Below, piece after piece: positions 36,743 to 44,024 of a DNA stretch of 64,000 nt; positions within the stretch are counted from its first letter, which is position 1; each line of letters begins with the position of its first letter. Below the pieces are notes generated by a model. That model saw only the letters and a list, made by a program, of their open reading frames with translations, was not told the origin of the DNA and ran no database searches. The translations under genes were made by a program, and so were the position numbers. Source of the DNA: a bacterium (lineage in GTDB: Bacteria; Patescibacteriota; Doudnabacteria; UBA920); the NCBI GenBank assembly GCA_016699995.1, contig CP064996.1, forward strand, positions 266,357-330,356, in the 5' to 3' direction.

Positions 36743-38392
36743 TTAAAATTTTTTACGAATATGTTGTTCGGAGTAGCTCCAATCCGAAGTGATTTTTTTA
36801 TGAGGGTTGAAAATGTTTTGAGGATCAAATATGGTTTTGATTTGAGAGAAGATTTCTATTACTTTAGAGGGGTACATCTGATCCAAAAATGGCCCACGGA
36901 CGAGCCCATCGTTGTGTTCTCCCGAAAGAGATCCTTTGTATTTAACCACTAAGTCCGTGACTTCCTGCAGAACTGCCGAAATTTTATTTCTTTCTCGCAA
37001 TTTAGTCAGATCCATAAGAGGGATGATGTGAAAATTGCCATCGCCCATATGGCCGGCGATTGTATATAAAAGTTTGTGGCGGTCTAGGATTTGGTAAAGC
37101 TTGGGTAAAAATTCTGGCAAATTGGGTGGTGGCACTATTAAGTCATCTATGAAAGGCGCCGCGTGCTTGCGTTTAATATTTTTGCGAAGGAGATTAAAAC
37201 TTTCTCGGCGCATAACCCAAAATTTTTCTTCGTGGTGCTTGTCGCGGGCTCTTTCCATGGTAACATCGAATTTTCTCAATGCATGTTCTACTGCATCGAT
37301 CTTCGCGTCTATCTCACTTTGCCGTTTGCCTTCGAATTCCACGAGTAAAATCATTTTAGGAAAATGAGGCAAAAATCTTAGCATTTTATTCAGTACTGGG
37401 ATAAAGCTCAAGCCTAGCATAATGAATCGCTTCCACCCTAAAGTAGTTCTAAAGCTGTAAAAAAAGCGCAGCGCAAATTTTAAAGTATGTTCATCGAATG
37501 ATTCGATACTGGTAGCTTGGAGCGGAAGGAGGGCATTTATGATGTTGCCTAGATTTTTTAACGATGGCATGAGCACTACCATCATTCCCGATAAAGGTTT
37601 GGCCGCAACCAGACGTAAGGTGGCTTGGGTGGTGATTCCTAATGTTCCTTGAGCGCCTACTAGTAGTTTAGTGAGGTCCAATGTTTTTCCGTCCCATGCA
37701 TCCCAAATGTTGTATCCGGTAGAGTTTTTGCTCACGACAGGCTTGGATCGGGCAATAACATCTTGATTCTTCTCTAGAAGACGCAAGACTTTTTTGTGAA
37801 TCCTTCCTTCGAAGGAATCCTCTGCCAATTTTTTTTGTAATTTTTCGTTGCTTAGAGGTTTAATGGTGTGTTCTTCGCCATCGGAAAGGATCACTTTTAG
37901 TTGCTTAACATAGCGTTCAGTTTTACCGTATACCAATGATTTTTCCCCACCAGAATTGTTGTTGATTATGCCGCCCATCATACAGATTTCGCGAGAGGCA
38001 GGGTAAGATGGAAAGAGCAAGCCTTTAGATAAGGTTTTAGGTTCGAAATCTCTGTAATACACACCTGGTTCCACAGTAGCCCCTGTTTTAGAAACTGGGC
38101 CAATCTTTTTAAAGTATCTTTCCAGCGTGACAATGATTGAGTCATTTATAGCACCACCAGACATGTCGGTGCCGCCGCTGCGTGCGGTAAGGGACAAGTC
38201 GGGGTTGTTGCGCTTATGGGCTTTTACGTATTTGACTAGCGTAGAAATATCCTCTGCATTTTTGGGGAAAGCTACTAGTTGGGGACGGATTTCGAATAGG
38301 CTGGCGTCATGGCTGTATTTGTCTAGAGTCGGGGCGTCATTTAGCAACTCTCCTTTAAAAGAGGGTATTTGTATCGATTGATGTTGAGCCAT
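36743..38392 (-). CDS. FAD-binding oxidoreductase (FAD_binding_4 / GlcD-Dld family)
   Basis: FAD-binding PCMH-type N-domain (SGGTDMSGG) and an FAD-oxidase C-terminal domain. Confidence 0.7.
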   Translation of the reverse strand: MAQHQSIQIPSFKGELLNDAPTLDKYSHDASLFEIRPQLVAFPKNAEDISTLVKYVKAHKRNNPDLSLTARSGGTDMSGGAINDSIIVTLERYFKKIGPVSKTGATVEPGVYYRDFEPKTLSKGLLFPSYPASREICMMGGIINNNSGGEKSLVYGKTERYVKQLKVILSDGEEHTIKPLSNEKLQKKLAEDSFEGRIHKKVLRLLEKNQDVIARSKPVVSKNSTGYNIWDAWDGKTLDLTKLLVGAQGTLGITTQATLRLVAAKPLSGMMVVLMPSLKNLGNIINALLPLQATSIESFDEHTLKFALRFFYSFRTTLGWKRFIMLGLSFIPVLNKMLRFLPHFPKMILLVEFEGKRQSEIDAKIDAVEHALRKFDVTMERARDKHHEEKFWVMRRESFNLLRKNIKRKHAAPFIDDLIVPPPNLPEFLPKLYQILDRHKLLYTIAGHMGDGNFHIIPLMDLTKLRERNKISAVLQEVTDLVVKYKGSLSGEHNDGLVRGPFLDQMYPSKVIEIFSQIKTIFDPQNIFNPHKKITSDWSYSEQHIRKKF

Positions 38393-38425
38393 GAATTGTT
38401 TGGTTTTGGTTTGTTTCTTATGAGG

Positions 38426-39019
38426 TTATTGTACCAAATTTTTGGATGATGTTGGGCTGGAGAATCGGAAAAGAGGAGTGACTCCGGTGTAATTAAGCTT
38501 GAAGGGGTAACTTTTACGAAACAGTACTACCATTTGTGCTAAAAGCATTATCGATCCGGTGTAGGCGAAATCTCCTATGAGCATATTGCGGAAGAACGGC
38601 AATCCTAATTCGTACGAATACAGCAACCCTGAAAGACTTTTTTCATACCAAGTAGAGGAGTACCACACAGCTGCATTGGTTATCAAAAAGAACAGTACGG
38701 AGGATGATGCTACAGACAGGCCAGTTTTCCAGACAGTGCGTCGCTGCGCGCTTCCGTAGGCGATAATGCCGATCAGTCCAAACGAAGCATAGACGCTAAC
38801 CATGACTTGCCATTGGTAAGAACCTAAGACGAGATCGGAGATTGCTATCGCGGCCAACGGCAGCAATAACCCCCACCGTCTACCCAAGTAAAAGCTTCCC
38901 ACAAAGGCAATGGCAGAAATAGGGGTAAGATTTGGCTCGTGGGGGAGCAGGCGCATAGTTGCTCCAAAACCGGCCAAAAGCAGGCCGACTAATATTAGTA
39001 GTTGATTATTTTGCTTCAT
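38426..39019 (-). CDS. small polytopic membrane protein, candidate substrate-capture (S-component-like) transporter subunit
   Basis: 197 aa with six hydrophobic helices. Overlaps the DUF4430 gene by 14 nt in the same operon as nrdJ. Confidence 0.4.
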   Translation of the reverse strand: MKQNNQLLILVGLLLAGFGATMRLLPHEPNLTPISAIAFVGSFYLGRRWGLLLPLAAIAISDLVLGSYQWQVMVSVYASFGLIGIIAYGSAQRRTVWKTGLSVASSSVLFFLITNAAVWYSSTWYEKSLSGLLYSYELGLPFFRNMLIGDFAYTGSIMLLAQMVVLFRKSYPFKLNYTGVTPLFRFSSPTSSKNLVQ

Positions 39020-39473
39020 CTGGAGTAATAAAATACCATTCTAATTTGTCGTCGGGCAAAAGTTTGTATTGGTCCGCCCCCACCATAGGCAAGGCGCCAT
39101 TGACTTTATAGTGCCAGTATTTTCCGTCGGTACCATTACTAATCCCTCCTAAGCTTTCTACCAGAGTACCTAAGCCGGAAAACTCTTTAACGGAAAGCTG
39201 TATCGACGGATCATTGTCGTTTAAATTTTGCAGAGCTTGCAGGGCAGTTTGCCCGTCTTTAAAAGCCACTTGGCGATCTTCTAATATGCCTTGTACAGTG
39301 ATGGAAACGTTCTGAGTTTTTATGTCAGCATTGCTAGCGGTGCTGCCTACGTCATTCTGCTGTGGGGATTGTTGTCTGTCGCGATCGGTTAGGGTTGGAA
39401 GCCCGAAGACTAACACCGTGAATATTGCAATTGCTAGTAGCGTGGGCCAAATAAATTTTTTATTCATCATCAT
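39006..39473 (-). CDS. DUF4430 (transcobalamin-like C-terminal domain) secreted/lipid-anchored protein
   Basis: N-terminal signal/TM. YWHYKVNGALPMVGADQYKLLPDDKLEWYF matches the DUF4430 W.Y.VNG...GA..Y.L..D...W signature. Confidence 0.6.
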   Translation of the reverse strand: MMMNKKFIWPTLLAIAIFTVLVFGLPTLTDRDRQQSPQQNDVGSTASNADIKTQNVSITVQGILEDRQVAFKDGQTALQALQNLNDNDPSIQLSVKEFSGLGTLVESLGGISNGTDGKYWHYKVNGALPMVGADQYKLLPDDKLEWYFITPDEAK

Positions 39474-39497
39474 ATGGTTAATTGTTGGGATAATAAG

Positions 39498-41840
39498 TTA
39501 CACTGCCACTGTTTCTTTTTTTACAACCTCACCGGTGGGGGTAAATTCTAGTTCGCATGCTCCGCCGGCGCAGGCGAGTTCGAGTTTTTGTTCGGTCTCA
39601 TCAGACAGCTCATAAAAGAATAGTTTTGAATAGTCGATCTCAGGAAATCCTGCACGTAGTTCTTCGTACTTTTGCTTATCGATTGTTTCGTACGGAGCCA
39701 GCTTATAAACATGGTCGAATCGGGGCAAAAAAGATAGTCCGCCGATGATCTCCCAATTTTCCTGAAGCCAGTTCACGACAGCTATCCATTCGTCTTCTCC
39801 CACGGAAATGGTTGCGGATGGATTGTGCTCAGTGTAGTTTAACTTAACTGTTTTCCAATATTCCAACTGCTCCAAGGCGGAAAAGTCATCTTTAAACCGG
39901 CTATTGTTAGGAGCTTCGACTGGGAATTCTAAAACATAGGTTGTGGCATTGTCGGGGTTCTGACCCACCTCCGGATAATGGGGGACGCCTTGATCGCGAA
40001 GCATTTTGAAGAGTGAATCTGTGGCAGAAATCCTTACCCGGCGGATATAGTACTTGGCATGGCGCGGATGGATGCCGGATGAACAATTAAAAGTTTGGGA
40101 GACTGTACCGGAAGGCTTGACCGCTGTTACGGAAGTGGCAGGGTTGATACCGAACCGCTGGGCAAATTCAGCATTAGTTTTTACGGCGATGTCCCGGATA
40201 GCTTGTAAAACTTCTGGTTTTCTTACTTCGTCACAGTCCCATTGTCCGGTGATCGATACGCCGAGCAACGACTCGTCTTTGCAATGCTTTGCCCAGTCTT
40301 GAGAGATGTATTTGAAATTTGTAAGAGAAGCTTGATAGGTACCCAGTATGGCTGCGAGTTTGGCCTTTCTGATTAAGGTTTCCTGGGTGTCGTGGGATCT
40401 GGCTATGACCTCTGAGAGATTGCAGAACTGTTTGGATTGAAGAATGATTTCCCCGCATGGGTTTGTGCCTACAGAGGCCTCTACGACGCCGTCTGGGCTA
40501 AGAAATCCTCTCTCCTGAAAGTGTTTTTGCCGCCTTGCGGGCATAGTGTTATGCAGCGCACCTCTGTTAAAGAGGCCTCTTTCCCCAGAACCGCTCTTCA
40601 TAAGAGCGATCCATTCATCCATGAGCTCGGCACTAGTGGGTCGTTGCGCATACACAGCCGAGTTATTGGCGACCATGCGATGTGGCTCATGCACAAAGAA
40701 TTGCCCCTTTTTTGCGTCTCTTAAGTCGGCGTCATCCAGATCCGAGAGGCTTATCATCGCTGTGCGTCGAACTCCGCCAGCTACTACGCATTCGCCAATC
40801 TTGCAGATAATATCATGAGCATCTATTGGTCGGAGCCGACGCCCTTGCCGGTTGAGTATCTTTTCTTTAGCAAACTGCAAGAGTGAACGAAGCGGTTCTG
40901 GTCCGGAAGCCTTTCCACCCATTACTTTCAATCTCTCGCCAGCCGGCCGGATTTGGGAATAGTCAAAATCTACATCACCGCCTTGATACCAGGTGGTCAG
41001 GCCAAGAGTAAGAGCATCACACCAGCCTTCCTTGGAATCTCCCACTATATGAGGCTGAGCTTTATGGGACTTATTTTGCTTCTGAATCTGTGGAAGCTTT
41101 TCTATGTTTTGGCTCTCGACGGTAAATCCAACTCCGCACCCCTGCATGGATAAGTACATGATTTCGGCAAAGTCCTCAATTTGGGCTGGGGCGATAAAGG
41201 TACAATTGTAGGCACACGTGTTGCATCGACGAGCGGGATCACCAGCAAATTGCATTAAGCGCATCGATGGCATAACCTCCTGCTTAAGAATAGCTTCGCG
41301 GAGTTCTTGGTATTCTTGCCTAGTAAGCTTATCTCCTAGATTCTCTTTCATATACGAAATATAACGGTCAACAGTTTCTATCCAAGTTTCGCGTCGATTT
41401 TCTGATTCTATCCAGCGGGCATAGGTACGCAAATAAACAAATTCACCCAGAGGGTTGTCTAGAAAGTATTTCTTGCTCTCGGCGGTAAGTCGGCGCACAT
41501 GTTCCGGTACATCGCCGTGCTTATCTCGAATCTCTTTATGTTCGGCCCGATAGAGGATATAGGCCTTGGCAGTCGCTGTAAATCCTTGATTCATCAATTC
41601 ATTTTCTACTTCATCCTGAATGCCTTCTACAGTAGGAACGAATGACGGTTCCAGTCTTTTGCTTGCCAAAAGCTTCTTCACTATGATGGCTGTCACTTGT
41701 TCGGGAGCTTCGTCGCGAAATTCTTTGGCGGCCTTCATAGCCTTGGTGATGGCGTTGGTAATTTTGCCTTGTTCAAAACTAACTAAGCGGCCGTCTCGCT
41801 TGGTAATATGGGTAATCCCCAGGTGTTGTGCTTGCTTCAT
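39498..41840 (-). CDS. nrdJ: class II (adenosylcobalamin-dependent) ribonucleotide reductase with N-terminal ATP-cone
   Basis: ATP-cone VSFEQGKITNAITKA. Single-chain roughly 780-aa NrdJ architecture with active-site Cys/Glu loops. Confidence 0.88.
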   Translation of the reverse strand: MKQAQHLGITHITKRDGRLVSFEQGKITNAITKAMKAAKEFRDEAPEQVTAIIVKKLLASKRLEPSFVPTVEGIQDEVENELMNQGFTATAKAYILYRAEHKEIRDKHGDVPEHVRRLTAESKKYFLDNPLGEFVYLRTYARWIESENRRETWIETVDRYISYMKENLGDKLTRQEYQELREAILKQEVMPSMRLMQFAGDPARRCNTCAYNCTFIAPAQIEDFAEIMYLSMQGCGVGFTVESQNIEKLPQIQKQNKSHKAQPHIVGDSKEGWCDALTLGLTTWYQGGDVDFDYSQIRPAGERLKVMGGKASGPEPLRSLLQFAKEKILNRQGRRLRPIDAHDIICKIGECVVAGGVRRTAMISLSDLDDADLRDAKKGQFFVHEPHRMVANNSAVYAQRPTSAELMDEWIALMKSGSGERGLFNRGALHNTMPARRQKHFQERGFLSPDGVVEASVGTNPCGEIILQSKQFCNLSEVIARSHDTQETLIRKAKLAAILGTYQASLTNFKYISQDWAKHCKDESLLGVSITGQWDCDEVRKPEVLQAIRDIAVKTNAEFAQRFGINPATSVTAVKPSGTVSQTFNCSSGIHPRHAKYYIRRVRISATDSLFKMLRDQGVPHYPEVGQNPDNATTYVLEFPVEAPNNSRFKDDFSALEQLEYWKTVKLNYTEHNPSATISVGEDEWIAVVNWLQENWEIIGGLSFLPRFDHVYKLAPYETIDKQKYEELRAGFPEIDYSKLFFYELSDETEQKLELACAGGACELEFTPTGEVVKKETVAV

Positions 41841-41899
41841 AGATTAAAATACTATATATTGATATTGATCTATACAAATTATAATATAGATGGTCATCT

Positions 41900-42268
41900 A
41901 TGAACAACAATACAACTGGGGATAAGTCCTCAAAATCGAAAAAAATAGGTAAGGTAAGCCAAACATATCCTCGTCCAGAATGGGTGCCGCAGACGGTGTC
42001 CCAGGAGGAGGAGCTTTGTCCGGATTGTTTTAAAGTAGTGGGAGAGCGGAGCCGCTATAAATTGGTCTGCATGCTGGGTAAATCTGCAGAAGGCATGACG
42101 GTAAGCGAGCTAACAGAGAAAATGAATCTTAAACAGCCTACGGTTACGCACCATTTGCAGGTTTTGCAATCGGTGGATGCCGTGCACAGCCGAGCGCAAG
42201 GAAGAGAGAAAATTTTTAATCTTAATCGAAGCGCTCATTGTTTTGAAGATTGCAATATACCGTATTAA
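41900..42268 (+). CDS. ArsR/SmtB-family transcriptional regulator
   Basis: HTH LTEKMNLKQPTVTHHLQVL. ELCPDC thiol pair at the position used for metal(loid) sensing. Confidence 0.8.
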   Translation: MNNNTTGDKSSKSKKIGKVSQTYPRPEWVPQTVSQEEELCPDCFKVVGERSRYKLVCMLGKSAEGMTVSELTEKMNLKQPTVTHHLQVLQSVDAVHSRAQGREKIFNLNRSAHCFEDCNIPY

Positions 42269-42286
42269 ATAGGAACGGTTTAATAT

Positions 42287-42322
42287 AAAAACACCATGCT
42301 CGCGCGTGGTGTTTTAGTTTTT
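42287..42322. terminator. bidirectional intrinsic terminator
   Basis: CACCATGC-tcgc-GCGTGGTG stem followed by TTTTAGTTTTTT. Confidence 0.65.
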
Positions 42323-42769
42323 TATCATCAGGTTGAGATTCCAGTCTTCGTTTTTGGCACGAGTTATTTCACCCTCGTAAATAGTGATCATTACTTCTAG
42401 CGTAGCCGAAGCAGTAACAGAAAAGATGTGGCCACCGATCACACTAAAGTCCTTTTTGGAGAAAGTGCCATGAGCATGTATAACAGGATTGTTATCCATC
42501 CATCCGATGTTTCCGATGATTCCTGTTACCTCCAAGTCTTCGGTAATAGGTTCGCCTTCGGCTTCGGTGGGGATGTATTTTTTCTCTTGAGGGCAATAAA
42601 AAGTAATTTTTATAGAAGAACATGCCCCGATAGCTGTAAACTTTGCTCCAAGAATTCGATTTTCTGCGGCGTATTTTCTGAGCACTTCAAACAGTTCGTC
42701 GCCTTCGTCCAGACGCAGAACCACTTCTTTATTCAAACCCTTTTCCTTAATAATTTCTCGCATATTCAC
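42314..42769 (-). CDS. PPC/DUF296-domain protein
   Basis: Roughly 150 aa beta-rich protein with the LRL.EG.EL...L and ..G.IG N-terminal pattern of PPC domains. Tentative. Confidence 0.45.
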   Translation of the reverse strand: MNMREIIKEKGLNKEVVLRLDEGDELFEVLRKYAAENRILGAKFTAIGACSSIKITFYCPQEKKYIPTEAEGEPITEDLEVTGIIGNIGWMDNNPVIHAHGTFSKKDFSVIGGHIFSVTASATLEVMITIYEGEITRAKNEDWNLNLMIKN

Positions 42770-42819
42770 TCCTTATAACTGCATTAGATTTTACAGACTT
42801 CAAGGGATTTGTCAAAGGG

Positions 42820-43938
42820 TTAGTCTTTCCAATTGATTTTTATGATTTTATCGTCATTAGGTTTTTTGCTGCCGCGGCCGTCGGTGTTAGAGGTAGAAAC
42901 ATAGAGGAAGCCGTCTGGTCCGGTAACTACGGCTCGCAGACGGCCGTACTTTTCGCGCAGGTAATTGTTGAGCTGACCAAGCTTGCCATTAGAAATCTTG
43001 GTGGCATACAAAGACTGTCCTCGCAGGCCGCTGAATATTAACCACCCTTTGTAATGAGCTAAACCGCTTGGCGCCCAGGTTTCTTCGCTGCCAGAATGAA
43101 CAATCGGGTTTACCATCCCTGCCTCTGTCTCGTCGCCTTTGATGTTCGGCCAGCCGTAATTATTGCCTTTTTGAATTTTGTTTAATTCATCATAACCGGT
43201 AGAGCCTCCGGAAGGGCCGTGTTCGGTGGCCCAGAGCTGGCCCGAAGCGTCCCAGGCCAAGCCTTGTACGTTGCGATGGCCGTAAGAATACACGGCGTTG
43301 CCGAACGGATTATCGCTGGGTATGCTTCCCTCATCGGTAATGCGGAGAATTTTTCCGGCCAGAGAATTTTTATCCTGAGCGTTGTCCGCCATCTGGGCAT
43401 CTCCTGTGCCTATGTATAACAAACCATCTGGTCCAAAAGCTATGCGCCCGCCGTCGTGGTTATTAGAGCCGGGGATTCCTTCGATGATAACTTTACGGTC
43501 TGTAAGCTGATCGTTAGCATACTGGTAACGCTCCACACGGTTAGTTAAGCCGTTCCTAGAAGTAGTGGTTGAGTATAAATAAATGAATCGGTTATTTTTA
43601 AAATTCGGATGCAGGGCCATGCCTAGCAAGCCGCCCTCGCCCCGGTGAGCAACGCCGGCAATATCAATAACAGTGGTTTTAGTTTTGATATGTTTCAACT
43701 TGCCAATGCGTTCGGTTACTAACATGGTTCCATCCGGCAGAAAAGCAATTTCCCACGGGATGGCTAAGTTTTCTGCAACGACTTGTTCGTTTTCTTCATT
43801 TACATTTAGAGCTGGCAAGGTTGTTTCTGTCGGCTTAAAGATATACTCATATATGGATTGGCGGTTAAAGTAAATTAGTCCTGCTGCGATTAGGCCAACG
43901 AACGCAGTAACAATGGCAAAAGTCTTTGTATTATTCAT
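42820..43938 (-). CDS. PQQ-dependent sugar dehydrogenase (soluble glucose/sorbosone dehydrogenase beta-propeller), membrane-anchored
   Basis: N-terminal TM. GGLLGMALHP and NHDGGRI.FGPDG motifs of the GSDH family. Confidence 0.78.
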   Translation of the reverse strand: MNNTKTFAIVTAFVGLIAAGLIYFNRQSIYEYIFKPTETTLPALNVNEENEQVVAENLAIPWEIAFLPDGTMLVTERIGKLKHIKTKTTVIDIAGVAHRGEGGLLGMALHPNFKNNRFIYLYSTTTSRNGLTNRVERYQYANDQLTDRKVIIEGIPGSNNHDGGRIAFGPDGLLYIGTGDAQMADNAQDKNSLAGKILRITDEGSIPSDNPFGNAVYSYGHRNVQGLAWDASGQLWATEHGPSGGSTGYDELNKIQKGNNYGWPNIKGDETEAGMVNPIVHSGSEETWAPSGLAHYKGWLIFSGLRGQSLYATKISNGKLGQLNNYLREKYGRLRAVVTGPDGFLYVSTSNTDGRGSKKPNDDKIIKINWKD

Positions 43939-43993
43939 TCCCTAATTATAGCAGGGCGGGAGCGGTCAGAGCCAAGTTATCCAATAATAAATA

Positions 43994-44017
43994 AAGACGA
44001 ACACATGTGTTCGTCTT
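43994..44017 (-). terminator. intrinsic terminator (perfect 24-nt palindrome)
   Basis: AAGACGAACACATGTGTTCGTCTT followed by TTGCTTTTT on the plus strand. Downstream of the large surface-protein gene. Confidence 0.7.
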
Positions 44018-44024
44018 TTGCTTT

